In this document: positions 13,258-26,559 of the stretch, in pieces | Layout: the number at the start of each line of letters is the position of its first letter | How positions within the stretch are numbered: the first letter of the stretch is position 1 | Source of the DNA: Hemiscyllium ocellatum | Taxonomy: Eukaryota | Assembly (NCBI RefSeq): GCF_020745735.1 | Contig: NC_083448.1 | Location: 11,406,006-11,470,005 of the forward strand | Direction of reading: 5' to 3' | DNA: 64,000 nt | Notes under the pieces: generated by a model | The model's input: the letters and a program-made list of their open reading frames with translations, nothing else | Told to the model about the DNA's origin: nothing | Database searches by the model: none | Program-made: the position numbers and the translations under genes

Positions 13258-13582
13258 TTAGATTAGATTCCCTACAGTTTGGAAACAGGCCCTTCAGCCC
13301 AACAAGTCCACACCGACCCTCCCTGAAGAGTAACCCACCCAGACCCATTCCACCACGCGATATTTATCCCTGATTAATGCACTGAACACTACGGGCAATT
13401 TAGCATGGCCAATTCACCCATTTTTGGACTGTGGGAGGAAACCAGAGCACCCAGAGGAAACTCACGCAGACACAGGGAGAATGTGCAAACTCCACATGGA
13501 TGGTCACCTGAGGGTGGGAATCGAACCCAGGTCCTTGGTGCTGTGAGGCAGCAGGGCTAACCACTGAGCCACCATGCCACCC
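13258..13582 (-). mobile_element. HE1-type SINE, full length
   Basis: Reverse complement of head (gggtggcatggtggctcagtggttagc), V-domain and tail. Confidence 0.85.
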
Positions 13583-15010
13583 GTTTTTGTCTTTTTTAAA
13601 ATTTTTATTTTAACAGAGTAAAGCTCCATCAACCATTCCCAGGGCAGGAACAGCACCGAGTTAGATAAAGAGTAAAGCTCCCTTTACATTTTCCCCATCA
13701 AACTCTCCCAGGGCAGGGGCAATATGGTGCCAGATACTAAACAAAACTTCCTCTATATCACCAGAAAATGACAGCCTTCCACCTGCTACTGCCTTGCCCT
13801 GTGTGGGTCACAGACTGAGCTCTGAAACATCTCCAGGACAAGCTCATCCTGTATCTGAGGCTCTGGCCCTGTATCTGTGTCTGTAACTCACTCTGTTTCT
13901 GAAATTGCATCTCATTCCCTCAACTTCAAAACAGTTCAATTACCTGTAAAACAGTTTAGGATACTCTTAAGGTATATTAAAAAAAGTGTTTTATACACGT
14001 CCATCCCTCTAAGTTTGCATTGTCCATAAATCACACAGAACATTAACATCCAGAGACCATAATCAATCCAGAAGTCCCATGAAGTGCCAGTCTTTGCTGC
14101 TGTGTTTGGTCATCACCCGTAAGGAAGCCTTCCTGTGACTGTTTCACTGAGACGGCATCAGGAGTCCTGTGGACCACTTTGATGCTCAGGCTGACTGTCC
14201 GACGTCTATGATATTCTTGTCCGGTGAATTAGTTGGCACCTGTTAACATGAATCTGAGGCCTTCTGGCCCCTCTTCAATTGCTGGCTCAAGTTGGTCTTG
14301 GTGAAATTTTGTCAACTGAAACAGTTGGTAATCATCACACTTTGACAAGAACTGAACAATTGGAGAGGTCAGATCCTCACTGGAAGGATTAAAACTAAAC
14401 ACTCTCTCCGCCCCAGCCGAAACCACGCAGATCAGGTTGTGGTTCCTCCTGAGACACTTGAGCAGAGAATGGAGGCTGACTCTCCTCTGTGGCACAGAGG
14501 GAAGGCAGCTCAATGTTCATTTTGGACCCCCTTCCCCCACCCCAGGAAGAGGCTCGGAGTTGGCCTGATTGAGAGCTGTGAGGACTCTGGGCAGGGTGGA
14601 CAGTGAGAGAATAACTGGATTTTACGAGGGCTGCACTGGGAGAGTGAGGGAAGGCAGTGGAAACCTGTTCATTGCATTCCCTTCGCTATGTCAGCTCGCC
14701 AGTGCTGGGGATGGTGAGCGGATGATGGAGCCAGTCTCTGACCACTCCCTCAGCACTGACCCTCCGACAGTGCGGCACTCCCTCAGTAAAGTGGATGAAG
14801 ACATGAACCACTGTTACCATCACATAGGACCTTGCCTCCCATAGCCATTTCACAAGAAATCACACTAGACCTGTAACATTAACTCGGTTTCTCTCTCCAC
14901 AGATGCTGCCAGACCTGCTGAGTCTCTCCAGTGTTCCCTGAGGCTGTACTCAGTTACTCAGCTCCTGTGGCAGAAATGGATAGCAAAAAACCTTCAACAA
15001 ATTTATCAGA

Positions 15011-15045
15011 CTCCTGATGAAGGGCTTATGCCCGAAACATCGATT
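15011..15045 (+). ncRNA. Hammerhead motif in a solo Penelope tail (about 15010-15100)
   Basis: ctc-CTGATGA-a-gggc ttat gccc-GAAA-cATC-gattc. Stem II is perfect, but the stem III palindrome has been lost by CpG decay. Confidence 0.55.
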
Positions 15046-15625
15046 CTCCTGCTCCTCAGATGCTGCCTCACCTCCTGTGCTTTTCCAACATCACACTCTC
15101 AATGGCCAAGTTCAGGAGTAGTTCCTGGTCTTTATCTGGTAGCCAGGAGTAGTTGAGATAAGGATTTACCAAAGGTTTAACATTGTGATCAGGACAGTAA
15201 TTAGATCACAAATCAGGAGTTTTAGATAACGTTCAGTCACATGGCCCCCATGTGCCTTTCCAGTATTTTGTGAAAAAAATTACACTGAAATGCACGTCAG
15301 TTCTGATCCTTTTGTCTGTCTCACAACTATCGGACCTGATCAAAACAAATTCACATAGTAACTTATCAAAGTGTCCAAAGCACAAACAACAGAGAGACAT
15401 GTTGATAACTTTAACATAGATCCATCAATGACATCACCATCAATTAAATAATAAGCTAAAGCAAAGTTGAACAATCAATCAATCTTAAATCTAATGTGAA
15501 GCAATTCAGACTTTTCTTATTTAACTGTGTCAATTCAAAAAAGGATCTTACATGCAAGGACAAAAAGATAATGAGACCCGTGCAGACCAAGATCTCAACT
15601 AGCAAGGGACATACACGATACCTGT

Positions 15626-15938
15626 GGGCGGCACGGTGGCACAGTGGTTAGCACTGCTGCCTCACACCGCCACAGACCAGGATTCAATTCCCACCTCATG
15701 CAACTGTCTGTGTGGAGTTTGCACATTCTCCCCGTATCTGCGTGGGTTTTCTCCGGGTGCTCCGGCTTCCTCCCACAGTCCGAAAACGTGAAGGTTAGTT
15801 GAATTTGCCAAGCTAAATTGCCCGTAGTGTTAGTGAAGGGGTAAATGTCGGGGAATGGGTTTGGGTGAGTTGCTCTTCGGAGGGTCGGTATGAACTTGTT
15901 GGGCCGAAGGGCCTGTTTCCACACGAAGTAATCTAATC
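15626..15938 (+). mobile_element. HE1-type SINE, full length
   Basis: GGGCGGCACGGTGGCACAGTGGTTAGC head (A box TGGCACAGTGG), B-box-like GATTCAATTCC, V-domain and (TAATC) tail. Confidence 0.88.
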
Positions 15939-16299
15939 AAAAAAAAAGTAATCCAATCTTCATTTCAAGTTCTCTTTAAACAAGTCTGCTGACACAGTCG
16001 CAAGTTTCTACTTGGGTCTCACTGTACTAAGTAAATAAACTCCAAGAAAATGGTAATACTGAAGCTGCCAAAAACATGTATGCCTTGAAAGACAAACTGC
16101 AAACGCAATCTTTTAATTGTGTTGATCAGCTCAATGCTTCAGTTTCAAAGCAAGGAAGCTGCATCACTGGATCAATATCGCTCAAACAAGGTGCAGTTTT
16201 ACAAGTTCTGCAACTGAGCTTTTGTCAATACTTTTGCAAGACAAGAAAGGCTCAAAACATCAAGAAATTCTACAGGCACTGAATATTTACAAAATCAAG

Positions 16300-16615
16300 A
16301 TGACAAATAAAGAGAATTACACAAAAAGAAACATGCCAAGGTGTTGATATCAACAAACACATCAAGTTAGACCCCATCTACCACCCCCTGAAAAAAAAAG
16401 GAACAGGAAGTGACTTCACCACAGGAAATAACATCACCAACCCAAAGATACCCAAACATATAAATAGAAACCAGGAATTTCCAGCATTGCTTTGCATGAG
16501 GTCCACTGAAGATGCTACCTAGTAAGGTAACGAAACGTCTGAAAATGAACCTTTCAGCTCAGCGAGCAAACCTACATCCAAAACCTCAATCTGAGCTACA
16601 AATCTTCTCAAAACT
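16300..16615 (+). mobile_element. Penelope-like 3' terminal fragment (Poseidon-type) with hammerhead motif
   Basis: atcaacaaacacatcaagttagaccccatctaccaccccctg encodes INKHIKLDPIYHPL. The tail ending gagctacaaatcttctc resembles the end of the 7836-8405 element. Confidence 0.75.
16503..16542 (+). ncRNA. Hammerhead motif in the 16300-16615 Penelope fragment
   Basis: cca-CTGAAGA-t-gctacc tagtaa ggtaac-GAAA-cGTC-tga; one mismatch each in stems I and II. Confidence 0.55.
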
Positions 16616-19356
16616 TCAAGTGATGTCCCCTCAAGCATCACCGTCTGAGAAAGAAGGCTCTCACTGTCAACCCTATCCTAACCTCAGATTATCATATAAG
16701 TCACCTCTTAACCTTCTTCTCTCTAATGAAAACAGTCTTAAGTCCTTCAGCCTTTCCTCCGATGACCTTCACTCCATGCCAGACAACATCCTAGTAATCT
16801 CCGCTAAACCCTTTCCAACACTTCCACAACATTCCGATAATGCAGTGACCAGAACTGGACACAATACACCAAGTTCGGCCGCACCAGGGCTTTTGTACAG
16901 CTGCAACGTGACCTCGTGGCTCCAAAACTCAATTCCAAGTTTGGATATTTGTCGAAGGTTCAATTGCAGCCAACTCTCAAGATTAATCATCAACAGCCCA
17001 TCATGGTCACCCTCACCAAAATTTACCTTCAATATCTAACTTGAAATATCCTCAACTTGACCTGTTCCATAATTACAGCAGATGGACCTAAGGTAGCAGC
17101 ATCGTGAAACACAGTCAGGAGGGAGTGGCCCTCAAGTCCTCAACACTGAAGCCAGGTCCTATGAATTCTCAGGACAAACACAAAAACAGATTGTTCATTA
17201 CCAATTGATGCTGCCATAAAACTCTTCCATGTTGAATACCACTTGGGAGAAGCAGTAAAGTTGTTAAGGGCAAACATTGTCCTTTGGATGAGGTACATAA
17301 TTGCTCATCACTAACAATGGCTCAGGAGCACCATTACTGACAAAGCTGGTGAAGTCCCAAGCTCAATTCTGCCGAGACAGTTTTGTGGTGATAAGAAAAT
17401 CAACAAAACAGAAAATTCTATTATTTGACTCTTCTTAGAAATTCTGTCTGTCCGATGTGTAGAATTGCTCAGCAAGGCCAAAACTGAGATCTACTGCACC
17501 ACAGCCTGGAGGCCACATTAGTAGATTAGTACTCAAGAGGCCCAAGTTAAAATCCAAAGGCACAGGCTTGAAAACTATCACGGTATATGATGAAATTTTT
17601 AGTTTAAAAAAGGATTATAATAAAAACCCATCTGCTTCACTAAAGATCCAAAAGAAAACGAAATCTACCATCCTTACCTGGCTGGTCCAACACATGACCC
17701 CAGACCCACAGCACTGTGGCTAACTTTTAACTGCCCTCTGGGGAATGAGGGACATGCAATAAAATGTTGGCCGAACCAATACTGCCCACATCCCGTTAAT
17801 GAACTCAAATACAAGTCAGTCACACCCACATTCTGAGAATGAATTAAAATGTTCTGTCGTGTGCCATGAACATTGCGTTCACTGAATAGTATTGGAACTA
17901 ACTTTCTGCTCAAAGCTGGGCATCCTTGATGTACAGCAGGGCATGAGCAGCAGAATTGCATTCAAATACTATCTTAAGGAGATCCAGCACAAACCTCATT
18001 CAACAACTACCAGCAAACTGAGGGACAAACCCACTTCATCAATCCAGGAGTTCAAGAACTAACATCAAGAGCAGTACCAGGGTGACATGCAAACATAAAG
18101 CTACAAGACAGGAACACATGCATTCTATAAATTAGAAGCAGCATACCAAAGTTAAGTAATCCCACAATCAACCAAGCAATTCAAAACTTTGCACTACCAG
18201 CAAATCCAGCTGTTTGTGGTGGGCAACAAAACTAGCAGGAAGAGGGTCCAAAACACTACATCCTCAGCAATGGAAAACATCAACAAATCAGTACAAGACA
18301 CAAGGCAACACTGGTCACAAGCATTGAGAGTCACAAATGTTACTTCATGAATGAACCATTAAGCCATCTCAGAAGGTCTCCAACTTGGAAGGTGCCAGTC
18401 TTCAGTCAAAAATATTCACTCCAGGGGTTGGAACATAAAGTGGCTCACATTATTGGAGACAGCCAAGGTTATAGGTGCCAAAAACACCTTCAGGGTGGCA
18501 GCGATGGCTTTGCAGTAGTAGAGAAGCAAATTAAAAGGGATAGACACTGTCAGAAGCCAGGGAGAGGGGTAACTACTGAATAGGTACAATCAGGAAATTG
18601 AGGCATTTGAAAATGTTGACAGTGATGGGAACAACCCATGCAGGAGCATGGGTGTGGGGGTTGGATAACAAACATCGAGGTAGGTGATCTTCTTTAACAC
18701 TGTTTCACTCCATGTTGAGTCTTGAGGGTTCTAAAAGGTACCTGGGCAGAGGATGCAATGTTGTTCTGACAGCTTGCATTGAGCTTCACTGTAGAACTGC
18801 AGAAGCCTGAGACAGAAGTCTTGGCATGGGGACACAGTGATGTGATGAAGTGGCAAACAGTTGAAAGCTGGAGGTCATTTTTCCAGACAGAGTGATGATG
18901 TTTGAGGAACAACACCTCATCTTCCATCGGGGTATCAAACAGATCTTTTGTGTTTTCTTAAGTCCGACTGGTGCTCACTACTTGGGCTTTCAACTTCCAA
19001 GTACTCACTTGGGCAAGACACTGGAGGATGGCAGATGTGGAATGCTCCCCACTGACAGTCATGTCAAGAGAAAAGAAAAAGGGAGGTGCAAATTCCTGAA
19101 TGTAAACCCACCGCTGCTGTTTCAGACTGGTGACAGGATTCATGGCACAGGCTCATTACTGCCCGTTTTGGAAACCTTGATTGCTACATTTCATGGTAGC
19201 TAGCTAAAACCATGAAGGAGAAATCAAATAGCTACACTGATGAGGTAAAAAGATGAGTGGGAGATCATTTGAATAAACGTTCACATCCGTATGAATCTCT
19301 TCAGCCAAACTGCCTATATTTATATCAAACATTGTATGAAATGTTGGTGGTCTTAC

Positions 19357-19500
19357 CAAGATGCAGCGTCCTGGTTCTAAGCTCCACATTGAGTTTTCTG
19401 TATTGATCTTATGTGTCAGTTTTCCATCCACAATGACTCGCTCATTCTCTCCTTCCAGTACAGCCACACGCAGGCTGTTGCTCTGTATGTCAACACAAAC
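19357..19500 (-). CDS. nudcd3: NUDCD3 coding exon 4 (144 nt)
   Basis: Acceptor tttcccaaag|GTT, donor CTTG|gtaaga. VCVDIQSNSLRVAVLEGENERVIVDGKLTHKINTENSMWSLEPGRCIL belongs to the CS domain. Confidence 0.96.
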
Positions 19501-20479
19501 CTTTGGGAAACATAAAGAACAAAAGAAAATGCAATTACAACCTTTCTCATTTTGTCACCAGCATCACTTGTCCACATCAGTTCTATTTCTAATTCCATTT
19601 TATGTGAGTCATGAAGATTTTGATGGTCTTGACATGCTTCACTGCAATTTCAAGTCTGTGTTCAGCTTTCAGAGCTTTGATAATCCTGAGATCCTGCTCG
19701 GTTTTCAACCGAGAACTGCCTTTCTATGCTGGATCCGAGGGGATGAAACTAAGGTAGCAAACAAAACTGAAGTAATTCCTCCTACAAGTGGAATGGAAAA
19801 AGTCAAATTTTAAAAAATAAACAACAGTCTGCAGCACCAAGTAACAGAAAATGCCTAGGAATGCATGTAATTATGCATTATGACTTGGAACATATTGCCT
19901 GTTTGGTGAACTGAAACAGATTCAATCAGAACCTTCAAACAGAAGTAGATAAACATGTGATAAAGAAAGGAACTGCAGGGATATGGAGAAAAGTGTACAG
20001 GTAGGGAGCTGAACGGAGATATTTTGTCAAAAAACCAGAATAGACAATGCACCAAATACGTCTTTTGCTGCTTTACAATGCATCTAGCGATCAGCCTACC
20101 GACTGTCCTGCATCAGGAACTAGCATAAAGCTCAACATGCGGAAATATTTTGACAACAGCATTCTGTACATAAGTTTAGGCAGAACAGAACATAATTTCC
20201 TGCTGCCACTGTGTACTGCTGGTGGTGAAAATTTAGGTCCAGCATCGTCAATGTGTTGTTGATTACATGAACTACTTGATCCTGCATAGTGTTAAACTTC
20301 CTCAGTGCTGTTGCAGCTGCACTCACTCAGCCAAGCGGAGACATGATCCTTGATGCATGGGAGGTTTTGGGAACAAAGGGAAAATTACTGTCTACATAAT
20401 TCCAAACCACTGACCTGCTGTTGTGCCTGCCCCAATTCAGTTTTTGGACAATGCTTAGAAAGGGCATTCAGCGATGGTA

Positions 20480-21100
20480 ATGCCACTGAATGCATAACTA
20501 TACAGGGTGTGAGTGACACTGCATCTCAAATTCTATCGACAGTCTGGTCTCCGTATGTAAAAATGAGAGAGTGGCATTTGGAGGCAATTCAAAGAGATTA
20601 ATTGGACAGATTGCTGGCACAAAGGGTGGACTTTTCAAGAACAGCTAATTAGATGAGGCCTTTATCCATGAGAGTTTCGAAGAATGAGAGGGACTGTCTT
20701 TAAACATACAAGATTTTGAGGTGGCTTGACAGGGCAGATGTTATTATGTTTCTACTAATGGAGGAGCCTCAACTAGGGGACATAATGACAGAATAAGGGG
20801 TCAACGAATTCAAACTGAGATGCAAAAGGAACTTTCATTCCCAGAAGGCAGTGAATGCCTAGAATTCTCTCACTCAATGAGTTGTGCAGACTTGAACACA
20901 AGGAATTTGAATCAAAGATTGATTTTGTGAACCATCAAGCACTTCACAATGTATGACAGCATTCAGCAATAACAACTGGGCTCAACAAGGATGGGAGGCC
21001 TGGGGAGGGTCAGCCATGATCTTGATGAATAGCAGGGCAGGTGTGGGGGGCCGAATGACTGACTCTTAGCTCTCTTCCTTATGTTCTGTGATCTTACAAA
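20480..21100 (+). mobile_element. Degenerate CR1/L2-group LINE 3' end
   Basis: Remnants of the ..cttaaacatacaagattttgagg.. C-terminal region; tail ttccttatgttct. Confidence 0.6.
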
Positions 21101-21187
21101 TTGCATCAGTGCACAGACTTGTCTTTTGCTCAAATACTGGCTAGGCGATTAATGTTCTCTGACATTGTTCCTTACATTATCTCAAGG

Positions 21188-21188
<1 letters not shown>

Positions 21189-21221
<33 letters not shown>
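21189..21221 (+). repeat. G33 homopolymer
   Basis: 33 consecutive G in nudcd3 intron 3. Confidence 0.95.
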
Positions 21222-21224
<3 letters not shown>

Positions 21225-22335
21225 AGGAAGAGGATGTTTCAATGATGCCCTGCCAGTACTGTTGGAGCTTTTTCTCATGCAGTACGAGATAAAGGCTTCC
21301 TGGGGTGACCATGGGAATTTCTTTTTATTGGGAGACTTGTACAAGCAGGTAGAATTAAATTGATGAGCACTGTCTTACTTTCAGCTTAGAAGTATGAGAA
21401 TTACATCTTTTTATGTTCAGATCAAAAATCCACATCTTGGAAAGCTTTTTTGGTTGTAGTTGGGAGAGGTCCTGATTGAAGCTCGAAGCATAAAACAGTT
21501 CATCTCAGAGAAAGGAGTCAGTCTAGCCCATTTAGGAAACAGGTTCACTCAGGGTAAGGATTTTAGTTTTCAAGCATCAGACCAGAACCCTGAAGAGGTG
21601 ATTCAAAGCTGAGAATATCGAAGTTCTACGATGCAAATAATCAAAGAAGATGCTATCAATCTCTCAAGACTGGGAACTGACGTCAACAATTCAGTCAAAT
21701 CTTCACATGATACAGAAGTGAATTCTCACTGATATTTTCGGACTATAATCTAATGGGATAAACCTCCTTAAACAGAAACAAAACAAAAATAATCAATCAA
21801 TCAAGCCAGATTCAGTCTGGGATCTGACTTGTCCAGTTGTAACATCAGACAGGATTATACTGTCAAGTCTTATTTTTCAGCACCCAGTCTGCTTCAGTCT
21901 TACTTCTCCATCATCATTTACTTCCTGCACATCCTGAAGGAATGAGCTTGTCCTGAGTAGTTGCATTGGTTCTACTAGGATATGTCTACCCACCCAAAAT
22001 ACTATTCTGGTGTCAGACCAAAGCCTGACTAACACCTTTTTTCGCCTCTCAGAGCTGGACTCTGATTGCAATAGACAGATGCTTTCCAAAACACACAGTG
22101 CTCAGCAATAAAAGCTGTTAGCTGCACTGAACTGCTGCTGCAGCACAAGTCAAGGATCAAACCTGGAACTTCACCAGAACAGTTTTGTGGTGTTCTGGTT
22201 CAAATCATAACCAGTTTAGTCTTCAGCATGACACCCTTTCATTGTTTCAAGAGGGAACTGTGAACTCAAATCTGGAACACAAGGCTGTCCACTTATCTGA
22301 ACAAATTGTGTGCCACGCATTACATGTGATCTTAC

Positions 22336-22459
22336 CTGTCTTCCTTTCACAATTCCCTTGGACACTGGCACCTTCACTTCCAGGTCAGTGTAATCCTGGG
22401 ACCAAGTGTAGTTGTCCCTCACAGCCCCATTGTAACTGTCAGAATTTTCTGCACATTTC
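22336..22459 (-). CDS. nudcd3: NUDCD3 coding exon 3 (124 nt)
   Basis: Acceptor tttatttgcag|G, donor GACAG|gtaaga (phase 2 to 0). KCAENSDSYNGAVRDNYTWSQDYTDLEVKVPVSKGIVKGRQ is the start of the CS/p23 domain. Confidence 0.96.
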
Positions 22460-23332
22460 CTGCAAATAAACCAAGAAAGAAGTCAGCATAAGCAATGTGC
22501 CATTCTTATAACTGTCAGACAATAAATTTGCAGGCTGTGACTTACCCACCTCTCAGTACCAAAGTCATCAAACATTCTCCACAGAACACAACTAGAACAA
22601 CAACTAAGCCATGGGTACACAACCACATGAATACCAAGTGCAAAACATTGAGGTTTAAAGAAATGGCAATGTCCAAAATGGTATGAACCCTCGGATAATT
22701 TCATGACACAAATTCACGCCAATCAAATGTTACAACAGCATCACCCAAACATCTTCTATGGATTGCTTCAGCTGTACATAAATCAAACCCAGCTTGAAGA
22801 AGCTTCAGAATTGTCCAACTTACAGCAGTTCTCCATTTGTTTAATTTTAGATCTGTGACATAGGATATCCTTGAGGGATTTGAACAACCAAAGAGGTTCT
22901 ATCTGGCATCTTAACCAATAACTCACCCAGTTTGGAGGTGGGATTGGTGGTGAAAAACTGGGCAATGGATAGCTTCATTTTCACACAATAAGCCAAGTCA
23001 CTATGATATGATAAATCACTTCTCAATGCAAATGGGACAAGGTTCATGTTTGTTCATTTATGAAGCAACAAAAATCTTCATTTACATCTTCCTGGTCATA
23101 AAGTTTCATAGACACTCAGAAAACATAGCTGTAAATTTCAGGAAAAGGACCACCAACTGTGAGCATTTAGCAGAGTGGCTCCAACAAAAACATTTGTATC
23201 ATCTTAAATGTATCTCAAGTTTCAATACTGCATGTTAATGTTTTGGCTTTTTATGTAGGTCAGGTATCCAAGGTACTAAGTTACCAAATGCACAATGTTT
23301 TTTCAACAGAGCAGAAATATTCTGCTAACATA

Positions 23333-24265
23333 GAGTCATAGAGTCCTACAGCATGGAGACAAGCCCTTTGGCCCAAACTGGTCCATGCTGAACAAAATGT
23401 CCGTCCATGCTAATCTCATTTCCCTGAACTTGGCCCATATCCTTCTAAACCTTTCCTATTTGTCCAAATGTCTTCCAAATCTTGTTAATGTACCCACCTT
23501 AACCACTTCTGCTGGCAGCTGATTCCACGTGCATGCTACCCTCTGTGTCAAAACACTTGCCCAGCAGGTTCCCTTTTATTCATTCCCCTCTAACATTAAC
23601 CTGATGTTCTCCAGTCCTCCATTCCGCAATCTTGGGGAAAAAAAAAGTGCATTCACACTATCCATACCTCTCACGATCTTATAAACCTCTAAGATCCCCC
23701 CTCAGTCTCCTACACTCTGAAGAAAAATGCCCCAGCTTGTCCAACCTCTCCTGAGAGCTCAGACCATTGAGACCTGACAACATCCTTGTGAATTTCTTGT
23801 GAACCCTTCCCAGTTTAATGACATCCTTCCTGTTACAAGGTGACCAAAACTGAACACCATACTCCTAGTGCAGCCTCACCAACGTCACATATAACGACAA
23901 AATAACTTCCCAACTTCAATACTCAATGCCCTGACTGATAAAGGCCAGTGGGCCAAAAGCCTTCTTCACTGCCCTGTCTTCCTGTGACTCCATCTTCAGA
24001 GAACTGTGAACCTGAACACCAAGGTCCCCCTGTTCCATGACATTCCTTAAGGCCCTACCATTCACCATTAAACTCCTGCCTTGATTTGACTTTCCAAAAT
24101 GCAAGACCTCACACTTAGCTATATTAACCCCCATTTGCCATTTCTCAGCCCACTTCCCCAGCTGATCAAGGTCCTGCTGCAATTCCTGATCACCTTCTTC
24201 ACGGTCCACCTGTACCCTGGCACATGAAGCTGCCAGTCCTGTCCCTCCTTTAGCCATGTTTCTAT
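23333..24265 (-). mobile_element. CR1-type LINE 3' fragment
   Basis: ORF 23916-24257 has ELQQDLDQLGKWAEKWQM..NIAKCEVLHFG; tail ctgtaggactctatgactcta. Confidence 0.85.
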
Positions 24266-25066
24266 AATCACTCTCTTACATTGAAATAGATGTAATTTAA
24301 TCCAACAGGCATTCCTTGCTCTATGTCACTTTCCAGCCTGACCTGTCTCTTCACTGTTAGTTCTGATCATTGTATTAGCTTCCAGCCGCATACTTGTTTC
24401 ACTGCGACTGGGGATTCCACCTCTCTGCCAATCTAGCTTCAATCCTTCCTTGAAGCACGAGCAAACCTGACCAAGATATTGGTCCCCCTCCAGTTCAAGT
24501 GCAACTCGTCCCTGTTGAACAGATCACTTCTGCCCCAGAAGAGATCCCAATGAGCTAAAAATCGGAATCCCTGTGCCCTGCACCAATTCTTTAGCAATCA
24601 CCTGCCATGTCCTCCTGTTCTTACCCTCACTAGCACGTGGTACTGGAAGAAATCTGGAGATTACGACCAACAAAGTCCGTGTTTGTAACTTTTTTCCTAG
24701 CTCTGTGTAATCACGCCAGAGGACCTCATCTTTTCATTGAATCATCTCCACTTACCCACCTGCACACCATAACCCTTAATTTGCTCATCAAAAATCTATC
24801 CATTTTTGTCTTAAAAACACTCATTGAGGGAGCCTTAACTGCTTCAGGAGGCAGGGAATTCCACCAATTCACAACTCTTTAGATTGTACTCACAATATCT
24901 ACTTAGAAAGCTCAAAATCCAGTATGCTTTACTAACCATGCTCTCAATATATCCTGTCACCTGCAAAAATCTATGCATATGCACATCTAACATCCATCTG
25001 CTCCTGTACACGATTTAAAACGATGGGATTGTCTCCTGTCCCTTCTAACAAAAAGCATCTTGTCAA

Positions 25067-25525
25067 GGGTGGCACAGTAGTTAGCACTGCTGCCTCACAG
25101 CGCCAGGGACCCAGGTTCAATTCCTGCCTCAGGCAACTGTCTGTGTGGAGTTTGCACGTTCTCCCAGTGTTCATGTGGGTTTCCTCCGGTTTCCTCAGTA
25201 AACTAGATTGGGCAGAGAGGTGGAATCCCCAATTGCAAGTGTGTGGCTGGAAGGTAATACAATGATCAGAACTAACAAAGTGAAGAGACAGGTCAGGCTG
25301 GAAAGTGACATAGAGCAAGGAATGCCTGTTGGATTAAATTGCATCTATTTCAATGTAAGAGAGCCATTGTAGGTCAGGAGAATTGGCAATGCTAAATTGC
25401 CCATAGTGTTAGGTGAAGGGGTAAATGTAGTGGAATAAGTTTGGGTGGGTTGCCCTTCGGCAGGTCGGTGTGGACTTGTTGAGCCGAAGGGCCTGTTTCC
25501 ACACGTTAAGTCATCTAATCTAATC
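25067..25525 (+). mobile_element. HE1-type SINE interrupted by a 161-nt insertion (25203-25363)
   Basis: Head and V-domain run to about 25198; the consensus resumes at about 25368 (gtaggtcaggagaattggcaatgctaaattgccc). Confidence 0.85.
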
Positions 25526-26559
25526 AAACACCACAGCAAAGTTTACTGGTGTCTGCTAGTCTATGCCCTATGGCAGACAATTAGTGCCGTCCTCACCATT
25601 TCAGATGCTTGCAGTGGGGGATCATTGCCAAATCTTGAAATTATACTTTGTATTCCAATATCCATGTCATTTATAGCAAGAGAAACAGTAGCCATGGCAC
25701 TTCATGCAAGAATGTGTATAGGGTTATAAGCAGGCAGGGAAAGAGTTAAGATTCTGAGTTTTGTGAAACATGAGGTTCAGCTGAACATGACTCAGATCAG
25801 ATAAGATCTTGCAGTTAACAATGGGGTGCTAGAGACAAGGGGAATGGGTTAACAAGGTGGAAAAGCACTCATTGTGTACAGCCATTTTACAATATTGGAA
25901 GCATTCAGTATGGAAGGTCAGTTTGACAAGGTGAAAAATATTCATTATGTGAAGCCAGTTAAGGTTAAGAAAATTCATTGTGTAACAGCAGATGGCTTAA
26001 ATCTTTAACTGTTGATGTTTGCTGATTGTTATGGTCGCCCAATCAATACAGATGTTGTATTAACTGGATGCTCCTCCCTGTAAAATTACTATATAATTCT
26101 TTAAGAAACTGCTATTCCAGAAAGGACTGTGAACTCATGCCCCTATGCACATGCGCGATCATACTCTCTCCCTCCAGGGCCCAGAGTAAAGACAAAGGAG
26201 GTAAAACCATACCATGTCTCTGATTGTTTTGCTTCAACTGAGAGGGGGGAAAGCAGGATGATACATGAGCAATACTGTTTACCATACTCCATTGCACATA
26301 TTCATTAAGTTTTCATTCTCATTCCTCCAGTCAGAAAGCCCATGATCACAGATTGTGTTTCCCAAGTGCTGTTAGCTTCTTTACCCATCTTCAAAAGACA
26401 TGTGTGTGAATCACTGAGTTTGTTTCGTCACACATGAAATGATTCATTCTGATAGCAACAATGAGGAGAGGCAACACAATGTTATCGGGTAAAATTCACA
26501 GGGGCTCAATGAGCAGAGGCACCTACAAGTTCTAAGCACCTGTTCTACAGAAGGTGGCA

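Noticed and set aside
14229-14513. 94-aa minus ORF in nudcd3 intron 4 as a hidden exon or gene
   Set aside because: No recognisable motif, exons 4 and 5 already join in phase with expected sizes, and no convincing splice pair was found.
3772-25140. tRNA genes at SINE heads (A/B boxes at 3772, 13582, 15626, 25067)
   Set aside because: No cloverleaf or anticodon arm, and they run straight into the SINE body and LINE-like tail.
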